Shown: positions 27,630-39,560 of the stretch, one piece after another
Layout of the letters: every line of letters starts with the position of its first letter
Position numbering within the stretch: position 1 is the stretch's first letter
Assembly (NCBI GenBank): GCA_964016885.1
Contig: OZ024745.1
Span: 46,128,001-46,192,000, forward strand
Reading direction: 5' to 3'
From: Eledone cirrhosa
Lineage: Eukaryota
DNA length: 64,000 bases
The notes under the pieces: model-generated
Told to the model about the DNA's origin: nothing
Database searches by the model: none
What the model saw: only the letters and a program-made list of their open reading frames with translations
Position numbers and translations under genes: made by a program

Positions 27630-27880
27630 ATTTTGGCTTGATTTCTACAGCTGGATGCCCTTCCTAACACCAACCTTATTTACAGTGAGTGCCGGGTGCT
27701 TTTTTGCCGTGGCACCTACACGACCACTTTGCAGTGGAATGATAGGGACTGGCGTCCCTATCATCTCATTTCTACAGCTGAGTAAACTGGAGCAATGTGA
27801 AATAAAGTGTCTTGCTCAAGGAAGCAACACATCACCCGGTCTGAGAATTGAACTCACAACCTTTCGATTGCAAGGCCAAT
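27630..27880 (-). mobile_element. SINE family A body, split by the PLE insertion (head continues at 32983-33036)
   Basis: Stops at CTTTCGATTGCAAGGCCAAT; the same sequence resumes after the PLE and continues to GTGCCTCCA. Confidence 0.75.
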
Positions 27881-27931
27881 ATATATATATATATATATAC
27901 ACATATATATATACATATACATATACATATG

Positions 27932-27972
<41 letters not shown>

Positions 27973-27973
27973 A

Positions 27974-29194
27974 ATGCCAACAAAGACAGATACAACTCTT
28001 ATCAACACAAATGAAGAGATTTTACAGGAGCTCAAGAAAATTAACACCAACCTATCTGTGCTGGTCGACAAACTTGACTCCACAAATGAGGAGACCGTCA
28101 CCGGATACAAACCCTCCGAAATCGGCGATAAACTTCAAAACCTTTGCGATACTATCCAAACTATGTTCACTACTACCAACCCAGGAAAAACCAACGAAGA
28201 ACCATGTGAGATTGATTCATACAAAATGAAAATTCGAACAATTCCAAAATGGAACAAATCCCTCAGAGACAGAAAGTTCTCATTCTGGAAGATGATACAA
28301 AATCACAACAAAGCGGAGATATATGAAAAATGGCTTAACTCAACCCCTCTAACTCTCCCCCGTAAAATACAAATAAAGTCCATTCCAAATGAACCCGAAC
28401 CTCAAAGACTCCTTAGGGAAAGAATGGCATTGGAAAAAATGAAGACAGAAATTGAACTTCTTAAATTGAGGGCCCAGACAAATGAGGAAAAAATCAAAAC
28501 CATCGATGAAGAGATCCTCCTGGAAATCAACAATAAGACTGAAGGCCCCAAGGTAGAGAAGATCTCTAAATTATGGAAAGGGGACTGCAACAGAGAAGAA
28601 CTGAAATCCCTTCAACGCTGGGAAAAAAGTGTCGTTTGGTTCCTAAACTATGAATTGACTTTTCAAACGGATTACACCTCCAATAACCCGTTCATAAAAA
28701 TAGGAAAACCCATAACCGAACCGCACAACAACTTCGCAAACCTCCCAGCCACTAACAAAAGAAGAAGGAAGCACCACACCGAAGATGAACTTCCCTACCT
28801 CTCTACCATAAGAAGGAACAAAAACCCTAGAAATCATCACCCCCAGAATGACATTTACAACTTTCCCCCTTCAAGGAGACACCATACCAAATCACTCAAC
28901 TACTACGCGGATGCCTCATCGTCAAACATAGGGAAAAGATACCACCACCATGATAGATGTAACAACTTCACCGCTTCAAGGGGACAGCAAGGTAATTTCC
29001 ATTTTCTCAACTCTCGCTTCCACAATACACAACAAACCCACACCACACGATACAACCAACAACGTAGGCCACCTATAACACCACAATCCAACATGGCACA
29101 TAGAATACACACACCCATACTCGCAGTACAGGAACACCCCATTCAATCTACAACCACGAACCCGAACCACATTTTACAACAACAAGGAATATAA
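27974..29194 (+). CDS. PLE upstream ORF (coiled-coil-like N-half, low-complexity R/N/H/P-rich C-half)
   Basis: ~406-codon open frame from the ATG at 27974 (MPTKTDTT...), with heptad-like segments (LRERMALEKMKTEIELLKLRAQTNEEKIKTIDEEI). It may natively end at 29285 in another frame. Confidence 0.6.
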   Translation: MPTKTDTTLINTNEEILQELKKINTNLSVLVDKLDSTNEETVTGYKPSEIGDKLQNLCDTIQTMFTTTNPGKTNEEPCEIDSYKMKIRTIPKWNKSLRDRKFSFWKMIQNHNKAEIYEKWLNSTPLTLPRKIQIKSIPNEPEPQRLLRERMALEKMKTEIELLKLRAQTNEEKIKTIDEEILLEINNKTEGPKVEKISKLWKGDCNREELKSLQRWEKSVVWFLNYELTFQTDYTSNNPFIKIGKPITEPHNNFANLPATNKRRRKHHTEDELPYLSTIRRNKNPRNHHPQNDIYNFPPSRRHHTKSLNYYADASSSNIGKRYHHHDRCNNFTASRGQQGNFHFLNSRFHNTQQTHTTRYNQQRRPPITPQSNMAHRIHTPILAVQEHPIQSTTTNPNHILQQQGI

Positions 29195-29251
29195 CAAACA
29201 CAGGAGACCACTTAACATCAGCAGACAACCCCTCTACCCCAACCATTTTTT

Positions 29252-31574
29252 AGACACAGCACACAGATACAGGCAAACAAAATAACACAAGACAGGGAGG
29301 AGAAACCGAGAGTAATAAAAATTATCAATCTAACTAGTGCAGAACCAACTCCCAACCTTATCAACTTACTCTCCAAAGGTCTTAAATTCACACCGACCCC
29401 ACTACGTCATAACTACTATGAAATGAAGGAAGACATCACAGACTTCTGTAGAAAGTTACGACTCAGTGAAGAACTATTCGACTAGTACAATGAGGATGAA
29501 TCATTAACCAGAAATAGAAGCAATTACACCCCATCAAAAGGTAGAAATAAAATCCTGGACGAATTCTGTGAACACATCACAAACTTCCCTTACCAACACT
29601 TGCACAGACAAAAACACAAGCCAAACCTCAACAAGAAAGAATGGGAAGAATTAAATAGATTAAAAACCGACAGAACTATTACAATTAAAGAGGCTGATAA
29701 AGGGAGTACAGTAGTCCTAATGGAGACAGAATTCTATATCAACTTAGCGCTCTCCACTTTGGAAAACAAAACATACTACGAAAAGGCTGAACACTACAAT
29801 CAACAGAAAATTATGAGAAACCTAAAAACTCTGATCAACCAATACAAAGAAGGACTCACTAACAAGGAATTCAGCTTCATCACAGACTTCACAAGTAAAT
29901 CCAGCCTTTTCTACGGTATACCTAAAGTACATAAAAGCGAATTAATAAGTAAGGCATGCAAGGAAGCCACAGACATAGTCATCAATGTCCCCTCACCCAA
30001 TGATCTCAAATTAAGACCTATAATAGCAGGCCCCGCTTGCGAAACCCACCCCCTTAGCAACTTCATTGATACCTTTCTCAAGCCTTTTCTCAAACACATC
30101 AAAAGCTATATAAGGGATGACCTAGATATGCTCAATCACCTCCCTAATATGCCCCTTTCTGAACAAACCCTACTAGTGACGTTCGATGTAGTCAACCTAT
30201 ACTCCAACATCCCCCACAACCTAGGAATAGAAGCTATCCAATTTTGGCTGGATAATTACCACAATGAACTCCCACAACGCATCAAAAAAGAATTCGTGAT
30301 AGAGGGACTCAAATTTATCTTGGAGAACAATTACTTCGTTTTCAATAACAAACCCTACAGGCAGAAATCTGGGACCGCTATGGGAACGAAAACAGCCCCC
30401 ACTTATGCCAACCTAGTCATGGGATACCTGGAAATCACCCTCTACACTAAAGTACTAAACAAATTTGGAAACACTCTCCACTTACACATAGAAAGGAACT
30501 GAAAGCGATATCTAGATGACTGCTTCATCCTTTGGCACGAAAACATCGAGAAACTTAAAGAATTTCACACCCTTATAAATGGGCTCAACACGAATATTAA
30601 CTTCACGGTGGAATACAGCCATCAACAACTCCCCTTCCTCGACATCCTCATTAAGATTCATAACAAAAAAAATAGAAACAGGCATATACTACAAGCCCAC
30701 AGACTCCAAGCAATATCTTCCTTTCAACTCTTGCCACCCTAGACACGTTAAAATTAATATTCCCTACAACTTAGCCAAGAGAATCTGTATTATAGTCTCC
30801 AATAAAAACACCTGTTACTTACGGCTACAAGAACTAAAGGACACACTCATAGGCAGGGACTACCCTGCATCACTAATTGACAACGGAATCCAACGTGCCC
30901 TAAAACTCAGTACCCAGGACCTTAGACACCCTAAAGTAAATCAACGGAAACTAAAAGCTCTTCCATACATCTCCACACACAACCCCCTCAACAATGAGGC
31001 CTTTGACACCATCCTCGAGAACATCCCTGTGTTAAAAAAGGACCATAGAATGAACCAAATCCTACGAACACACGATATCATAAAGAGCAAAAGACAATCT
31101 AAGTCAATGAAAAACATCCTAACACATGCCAAAGTACTGCCAACCACAACAACGAAACCCACAGTAAAAAAAAAATGTGATAGACCCAACTGTGGCATAT
31201 GCATCAACCTAATAGAGGGTTCGGAATTCTATTTCAAAGAAGGACAACGTTTTATAGTAAAACACAATTTCACATGCGCATCAGAAAATCTAATATATGT
31301 ATTAACTTGCTCAGGTTGTCGAGAACAATACATAGGCCAGACCAAAAACAGCCTCCGCCAACGCATGAGTGTCCATAGATCCCAAATTAAAATACGGGAA
31401 TACAGGAAAATTCCACTGAGTGAACACATTGAATCCTGTGCCGCCCAAAATCATCCCAACTTCAGAATCTTTCCTCTCTACAAATTTAAAGATAATGCCA
31501 CCCACACCCAGCGCATCAGCAAGGAATCTCACTTTATTAACAAATACGGACCCCGTCTAAACACTTCTCCCTAA
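29252..31574 (+). pseudogene. PLE reverse transcriptase + GIY-YIG endonuclease (TAG 29483, TGA 30500, frameshift ~30670)
   Basis: KEADKGSTVV, FYGIPKVHK, LRPIIAG, TFDVVNLYSNI, GTAMGTKTAPTYANLVMG, (W)KRYLDD, YYKPTDSKQYL, linker CDRPNCGIC, NLIYVLTCSGCREQYIGQT..LRQRMSVH. Confidence 0.9.
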
Positions 31575-32240
31575 GACGAACCCACAACATACACACGTCA
31601 ACATACATACCTACATCAGCATACATCCCACATACATCTCTATCCACATATAAACACAATGACATACGTAAACACACATGTTCTATGGTGCAACACAAAT
31701 ATACACAAATTTGCATACCTTTTGATGTCTATAGATATAAACGTGCCGACACACACACATACATATACGCACACATGCATTGCACACTGATGGGCACATA
31801 CATATTTGTACACAAGTATTCCAATACGGCAAGGCCTAATGGATTCCCCTTGCAGTACGTACAATCTGGACACTCACACACACCTTGGTGTTATGCCAAT
31901 ACTATATATCACTTCACACCTTTTATTATTAAGGTTTTTGATGTTCTATTGAGAGAATCGTTTTTACTGAAAATATCGAATAATGTACACCATTTTTACC
32001 AGTATCACAAAAATACTGGTCCACCCACACACACACACACACATACACACATACACACACACATATATATATACACACACACATACACACGCGTACACTA
32101 ACATACAAAGAGACATATACACACACACACTTCTCCGTATAAGACAAGAGCTGAAAAATATCTTTTAACATGTTAAAATATCCCCCACACACGTACAGAC
32201 ACATTCCTACTGACCGATCCCTCTACCACGAATTACTCTG

Positions 32241-32359
<119 letters not shown>

Positions 32360-32463
32360 TCTTAATAGGCATCTGAACTGTTGACCTGTCAACAAACTGC
32401 AATTCACACACACATCCCTACTGACCATTATCACAACAATGAACCTCTTTACTACTACTACAC

Positions 32464-32505
<42 letters not shown>

Positions 32506-32903
32506 TTGTCTTGAAAGACTTATTTTTCAGTGACTTCTCAATCAGCCGAGACAAACCTACATTTGACGCAAAATCAATGTTTAACATTCACAGGACCTCT
32601 ACCGACCAAGCAAAATTGTTTTGACCACAAGAATTTTTGCAACACGAATTGGCGCGAAACTTATTTTAATACATCTGGAGCCACTTTTTCACATTAAAAA
32701 GGTAGAATTTCCAAAACTAGATTAGAGAAAACATCACGGGCGCTCTATCCCAAAACGATTTTTGAAAAGCATTAGAAATGCGCAACCGGTAAAAACTTAA
32801 AACCAAAACTGATTACTAACCAATACTATTACTAATTTTTACTTATTCCTAATTAAACTATTTTTCACTGGGAACAATTTGTCAGCATTTTCTTTTTCTT
32901 TTA

Positions 32904-32972
<69 letters not shown>

Positions 32973-32979
32973 TAATATA

Positions 32980-33036
32980 TATTCACACCTTTCGATTGCA
33001 AGGCCAATGCTCTAACCACTAAGTCATGTGCCTCCA

Positions 33037-33072
<36 letters not shown>

Positions 33073-33130
33073 TGGAGGCACATGACTTAGTGGTTAGAGC
33101 ATTGGCCTTGCAATCGAAAGGTTGTGAATA
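32980..33130. repeat. Inverted pair of SINE-A tRNA heads around (TA)n
   Basis: 32980-33040 is the reverse complement of 33066-33130, and both carry the same variant TAAGTCATG. Confidence 0.85.
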
Positions 33131-33203
33131 TATATTATACACTTATATATGTATATACATTCATACATTCATATATATATATACATTCATATACTGTATA
33201 TGG

Positions 33204-33236
<33 letters not shown>

Positions 33237-34551
33237 CGAGGAGTGTCAGAAAAGTTCCAGGACTGATGTCACAAAAGATTTATTTCAAACCCAAACTTCA
33301 CACTAAGAGTTTTCTCCTTCAAAGTAATCCCCTGGCGTATGTAATTGTAATCTAAGCACTCTGCAGCGATCAAACTTTTTTCTTCATAATTTTATATACA
33401 TGTCCTGTTTCAGGTCGTCAAGCAATGAGCACAGAGCAACGAACCAACTTGAAGTTTCTGGTACGGTTGGGGAAAACTCCGCCAGAAGCAGTGAGATTGC
33501 TGCAGCAAGTGTATGGAGATGAGACAATGTCACACTCACGTGTTTTTGAGTGGTGCAAGAGGTTTAAAGAAGGACGCGAGAACGTGGAAGATGACCCCCA
33601 GGAGCGCAAGGCCCTCAACAACCAGGACTGAGGTCAACGTTGAGCACGTCAGGCAGATGGTGCGTAGCGATCGTCGGCTGACTGTTCGACTGATGGCAAA
33701 TGAGCTGGGCATGAATCGGGACAGCGTCTGGAAGATTCTCACTGAAGATTTGGACATGCGGAAAGTCTGCGCGAAGATGGTGCCAAAACTGCTGAACGGT
33801 GACCAGAAGGGTCGACGCATGCAAGTGTGCCAGTACATCCTCGAGCGTCTTGAAATCGAACCAGACTTGCTAGGGACAGTCATCACCGGTGATGAGTCAT
33901 GGATCTTCGAGTACGACCCGGAAACCAAACGCCAGAGCCTTCAGAGGAAGTGTCCGTCGTCGCCAAGGCCGAAGAAAGCACGACAGTCGCAGTCCAAAGT
34001 CAAGGTCATGTTGATCACATTCTTTGATGTGAGTGGGATCGTCCACTACGAGTTCTTGCCACAGGGCCAGGCGATCAACCAGTATGTCTACAAAGAGATA
34101 CTGCAGCGTTTGCTTCGTTCAGTGCGTGAGAAGAGGCGAGAGTTGTGGCAGGACAACTCGTGGCTGCTTCACCATGACAACGCGCCTGCTTACAAGGCCC
34201 TGAGCATCCGACAGTTCCTGGCCGAGAAGAACACCGCCGTGCTGAAGCAACCTCCCTACTCCCCCGACCTGTCTCCGTGTGTTTTTTTCCTATTCCCCAA
34301 GCTCAAGGGGGTCATCAAGGGGACCCGTTTTGAAGACGTGGACGACATCAAAAAGGCCGTGACGACGGAACTTGCAAAGACCCCGGAAGAATCCTTCCAG
34401 GAGTGAATGCAAGCGTGGCAGAAAAGGATGGAAAAGTGCATTAGACTCCAGGGGATTAGTTTGATTACTTTGAAGGAGAAAACTTTTAGTGTGAAGTCTG
34501 GGTTTGAAATAAATCTTTTGTAACATCAGTCCTGGAACTTTTCTGACACAC

Positions 34552-34555
<4 letters not shown>
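33237..34555 (+). mobile_element. Tc1/mariner transposon with ~90-100 bp TIRs, TA target
   Basis: TA-CGAGGAGTGTCAGAAAAGTTCCAGGACTGATG... and ...CATCAGTCCTGGAACTTTTCTGACACACCTCA-TA. Confidence 0.92.
33425..34488 (+). pseudogene. Mariner DD34D transposase, inactivated
   Basis: HTH (EQRTNLKFLVRLGKT), MVPKLL, TGDESW, HHDNAPAY, YSPDLSPCVFFLF (third Asp changed to Val). Frameshift ~33598, TGA at 34404, small insertion near 34457. Confidence 0.88.
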
Positions 34556-34590
<35 letters not shown>

Positions 34591-34594
<4 letters not shown>

Positions 34595-35229
34595 GCTTTC
34601 ACCGTATCTTTGACTAAAGAAATTTTAGTCTGATAATGGGGTTTAGAACCCTCAGATAAATGGAAATAGATGAGTATTGACGTACATGGGAGTCGAACCC
34701 ACATCTTTGGTTATCCAGACCACTGTGTTACCATTACACCAACACATCACCCATCTCCTTCCATTCAAATTAGAAGCTACATTCTTAGCGAGTATAAATG
34801 GCAAGTAAGTATGTGTTGAAACAGTGAGCAGGTTTGAAATTAGAAAATAGAATAGCTTTCACGGTATCTTTGACTAAAGAAATTTTAGTCTGATAATGAG
34901 GTTTAGAACCCTCAGATAAATGGAAAAAGATGAGTATAAACCTGCTCACTGTTTCAAAACATACTTACTTGCCATTTATACTCGCTAAGAATGTAGCTTC
35001 TAATTTGAATGGAAGGAGATGGGTGATGTGTTGGTGTAATGGTAGTACAGTGGTCTGGATAACCAAAGATGTGGGTTCGACTCCCATGTACGTCAATACT
35101 CATCTTTTTCCATTTATCTGAGGGTTCTAAACCCCATTATCAGACTAAAATTTATTTAGTCAAAGATACGGTGAAAGCTATTCTATTTTCTAATTTCAAA
35201 CCTGCTCACTGTTTCAAAACATACTTACT

Positions 35230-35234
<5 letters not shown>
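34591..35234. mobile_element. 260-bp tandem + inverted non-autonomous element with tRNA-like unit
   Basis: AATAGCTTTCAC at 34591 and 34851; AAACCTGCTCAC at 34938 and 35198; the left block is the reverse complement of the right block; (TA)n flanks. Confidence 0.8.
35025..35095 (+). tRNA. tRNA-like pseudogene (loop CTGGATA); second copy at 34678-34748 on minus strand
   Basis: Cloverleaf by eye: acceptor GATGTGT/GTACGTC with wobbles, A box TGGTGTAATGG, anticodon stem TGGT/ACCA, T arm GTGGG-TTCGACT-CCCAT, downstream TTTTT. Confidence 0.5.
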
Positions 35235-35269
<35 letters not shown>

Positions 35270-35308
35270 AATGAATAATAGCAGGTAGACATCATAAAAA
35301 GGTAATTT

Positions 35309-35432
35309 ATTCTGTGTGCTTACAAATGTTTCCACGGTGGTTATACAGCCTAGTTATGCTATGTGCAAATTTATAACTATTTGCAAAATTCAATTATCAA
35401 ATGCTGTGACCACTGTATCATCAGAGCAGAAT
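35309..35432 (-). ncRNA. Type I hammerhead ribozyme with 85-nt extended stem II in a PLE pLTR
   Basis: Minus: attctgct-CTGATGA-tacagtggtcacagc...gctgtataaccaccgtg-GAAA-CATTTG-TA^agcacacagaat. Stem I tgct/agca; stem III ACA/TGT. Confidence 0.72.
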
Positions 35433-35936
35433 GGTTAAAGTGTAAAATGCAAATACCCTTAAGTGAGGTTATTGGGAAAGATAGAGTAGAAAAGGAAGAG
35501 AGAAAAGAAGGGGAGAGGGGGAGAGAGAGAGATATGCAGGGGTTGGAGAAATGGGAGAGAGTGGTTTGTAGATATCTTAATCAAAATGTTGTAGTATGGG
35601 TTTTATTATACTGATTACTCTTAAAGCGACCACCTTAAGCGATGCGTTGATAGTCAAGGGTGGAATTATTTATTGCCCCATAGGGCAGGTTCATAGATGT
35701 GGAGAGGGAGGGAGGTGGAGCTAGGGCGAGAGAGAGAGAGAGTGGAATGGATAGAGAGGGAGAGATAGAGAGGGGACAGACGAAAGCTATGGGGTGGGTG
35801 TACATTTGGTTCATAGTAGTAATCTACGAATTGCACTAAGTTTCCATTTATAGTGATAAGCATGGTATTGTCTTGTAGTGTGAGGGAAGAGAAAGTGGTT
35901 AGCTAGAAAGCAATGTTATAGTTACGGGTTCGAATG

Positions 35937-36935
35937 TTAAGTTATTTTATAGTGAGAGAATTTAGCTTTCAGTTTGTGGTTGCAGTATAATGATCGTTCG
36001 ATTCTATCATTTAGTAATTTATTTTTGGATTTTAAGATGTAAAAGAGTTCAAGGTTACATAACCTGCAGTACTTCAATCCACTCCGATATGCACTATCGC
36101 TGGAAAGTATATCCCATTTCAAGGTGAACTGTTGGTTGCGTTCACGGAGTTACCAGGTCTTGTTGGCGAGCGTGGTCACAAAACAGTGATCAGGATGTTT
36201 AATTGAGAATCGATGACGGTACCAGCGAGATTTAAAGGAGGTAGTGGTAGACCCGATGTAATACCATTTTTGGTCGTTCGATTCAACAGTGCATTGGTAA
36301 ACAATGTTGGACTTTAGGCATTTATTCTTCAATGGACATCTTTCAGGTAGGTGGCAGTTACAGTTTTTGTTGTGGGTAGCGGGTATACCATGGATAGGTT
36401 GTGATAACAGTACAGGTGGGTTGTGTAATACCCGTCTTCCATTTAGTGGTTGGGAGGCCGATATTACGTTATGCTCATCTGTTATTAAAATATTTTGTTT
36501 TGTAGCGTTGTTTAATTGCTTTAAATTAAGTTTTTTATGTATGCTTCAAGGTTTGGTGCCGTGGAGTATGATAGTTTAATAGTTTTAGAGTTCAGAATTT
36601 TACTGTATTTATGGGAACTAGGGAAATGCTTGTTGATTAACTTAAAGAATGAAAGAGATAGTTTTGTACTAATCGAAGCATTAAAAATGGGATTATACCA
36701 GATATACTTTCTACAACGTGATTTATTTGGTGATGATTTTCTATTATTAGTATGTCTGGTGGTACTGCGTGTGTGCGCTTGTATTTCAGTACCCCAGTTA
36801 CGTATTCCTTGATTTCGTGTAGAGCTATGTGTGTTATGGAGATTCTTATCAATGTATTCTATTGTATCCCGGTGGTCGGCATTCCTTAATGCATTATTAT
36901 AGTATTCAGCATGTTCACTAAAAATCTCAGAGTCA
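35937..36935 (-). pseudogene. PLE RT C-terminus + CxC linker + GIY-YIG endonuclease remnant
   Basis: KNCNCHLPERCPLKNKCLKSNIVYQC..WYYIGSTTTSFKSRWYRH..KWDIL..CRLCNLE..LLNDRIE..CNH, with stops and frameshifts. Confidence 0.82.
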
Positions 36936-37122
36936 CCCTAGGTCCACCTCCCTCCCTCTCCACATCTATGAACTTGCCCTGTGGGGCAATAAATAATTCC
37001 ACCCTTGACTATCAGCGCATCGCTTAAGGTGGTCGCTTTAAGAGTAACCAGTATAATAAAACCCCTACCACAACATTTTGATTAAGATATCTACAAACCA
37101 CTCTCTCCCATTTCTCCAACCC

Positions 37123-37199
<77 letters not shown>

Positions 37200-37261
37200 T
37201 TTTCTACTCTATCTTCCCCCAATAACCTCACTTAAGGGTATTTACATTGTACATTTTAACC

Positions 37262-37385
37262 ATTCTGCTTTGATGATACAGTGGTCACAGCATTTGATAA
37301 TTGAGTTTTGCAAATAGTTATAAATTTGCACATAGCATAACTAAGCTGTATAACCACCATGGAAACATTTGTAAGCACACAGAAT
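37262..37385 (+). ncRNA. Inverted copy of the extended-stem-II hammerhead (C3 to U variant)
   Basis: attctgct-TTGATGA-...-GAAACATTTGTA^AGCA; otherwise matches 35309-35432. Confidence 0.55.
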
Positions 37386-37583
37386 AAATTACCTTTCTAT
37401 GATGTCTACCTGTTATTATTCATTTTTATCTACACTCCAGAATACAGAAGGATCAGGAACTAAGTTTCTTCAACTATTCTTCCATAACTCGTTGAGTAAC
37501 CCCTCACCATACGTCAACTCTATCCAGTGTAGTAATTAACCATTACTGCATCCAGGATAATCCTATATATATATATATATAGG

Positions 37584-37668
<85 letters not shown>

Positions 37669-37830
37669 TGATATATATGTGTGTGTGTATGTATATATAT
37701 ATATACATTCATATATATGTGTATATATGATATATATACATACATATATATGTGTGTATATAATATATATATATACATACTTACATACATCTACAGTATA
37801 TATATATATACATACTTACATACATATACA

Positions 37831-37904
<74 letters not shown>

Positions 37905-37966
37905 AAATGAAGCTTGAAGCAGTTAGAAGCTGAAACTGCTTCAGCTTACAGTCGAATCTGTACCTC

Positions 37967-38013
<47 letters not shown>

Positions 38014-38689
38014 TATGTAGGAACAAGATGTCAGAGTATCCTCTCATTAAATCTATTCAAGTGTGATGCATGTTTAACTATTGATCAGATCAAGGTTTGA
38101 TCTGTATCGATCGGGTGAAGCTCTGTCATCAAAAGCTCATATTACGACCCCATGATATTCCTAATATTATGTATTTTCCTCTATTACATCCCTTTACTAT
38201 ATCATATATAATGTATAATATTATGATACATGAAACCCTATCACCATAATAATACCTCAAGTCCATACATGTGGACAAGATACTTGACAACGTAAAATAT
38301 GACTATGGCCAGCTAAGCGACCATGACACAAATCACTTAAAACCAGTCACACCATTGACATTAGGAACTAAAATCGATGCCAAACTCTTTACCCTACATT
38401 CCTCACTATATATCATTTACACTACCAACTTATTTGATCCTCATTATCATATTACAATCAAACATCACTTTATAACCCTTATAACCCAGATAACCTTAAT
38501 ACCAAGCCAACATTTTTATAGGGTTTTTTTTGTATATTTTTTGTTTAAAGATTTTTTTATTATCGTTTGTTTTATTATTATTGTTATTATTTTTATTATT
38601 ATCATCATCATTGATGCTGTTATTATTATTATTGTCTGTCTTCTCTGTTAATTTGCATCCTACTACATCTCTTGTGCATCCATAGGTTA

Positions 38690-39560
38690 CACAATGTGCA
38701 CCTTATGGAACTTTTACCCACCCCTTTTGAGTATATCAAGCAAGGCCACTTCCTTGGTGGTATCTGCTTCTGAAGTCATTGATAAAGTTAGATTTATAGT
38801 CTTTGATAGCTTAGAAATCCTAACCTTAAAAAACAGTATTTCGCTTTCTTCAATGATTAGATTGGCAACTATGGTTTTGGATTTGTTGTTAATAGAATAT
38901 AATATATTTTTTGTAATTGTTAACAACTTTGACAAGAGAGATGCCTGGAAGTACTTTAATGAGAGCTGTTAAATAGAGGGAATACATAGAAAAGAGATAG
39001 ACTACCACATGTAAGCCAACAGAAGGAACTGCTATTAATGTTGATAGTGGTATGAAGATAGGGAAGCACTTAGTCCATCAGGAATAGTCACTGAGATGCT
39101 TAAAACGTATGACAGAGTAGAGCATAGGATTGTTATCAATTACAAAAAATACACTATATTCTATTAACAAGAAATCTAAAAACATAGCCTCCATTGAAGA
39201 TAGTTTAGAAATACTAATCTTAAAAACAGTATTTCACTATCAAAGACCATAATCTAACTTTTTCAATGACCTCACAACCAGGTTCATTAACCCCACAAAA
39301 TCAGAACTATCCATTATTATCAAACACATTTTAGATGTAATCAACAACAACATCCAAAATAATTTAAGGGTAATTACTCTGATAGGTTCCTGATAATTGA
39401 TTTTTAACAATATTCAATAAATGAATTTGTTGTTGATGGGTTGTTATATTTTTTTAAGTTGTTATTGTAATGTGCATTAAAGTGACATTATTACTGAAGC
39501 TATTGATATTTCTAGTTGTTTTATATAAGGATTGGCAATTTAAAGTGGATATAAATGTTT
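38690..39560. mobile_element. Highly decayed, rearranged PLE RT fragments
   Basis: From ~39280 the + strand translates to RFINPTKSELSIIIKHILDVINN (PLE RT-like). Direct and inverted similarity between 38780-38930 and 39130-39270. Confidence 0.45.

Larger units (their letters stand above)
35271..37562 (-). mobile_element. 5'-truncated Penelope-like element with inverted pseudo-LTRs (second PLE lineage)
   Basis: 35271-35719 is the reverse complement of 36943-37423. An RT C-terminus/GIY-YIG remnant lies between them on the minus strand. Confidence 0.85.

Noticed and set aside
27475-27630. Minus-strand TTGACGG...CCGAAACG hammerhead-like text
   Set aside because: Two core mismatches and no stem I or III.
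30500-30502. In-frame TGA in the PLE RT as possible selenocysteine (as in some Naiad PLEs)
   Set aside because: It falls at the usual Trp before KRYLDD, the copy also has a TAG and a frameshift, and the domain order is not Naiad-like. A nonsense mutation is simpler.
37905-37972. Small AAGCTTGAAGCAGTT/AACTGCTTCAGCTT hairpin within (TA)n
   Set aside because: Too short and single-copy here to classify.
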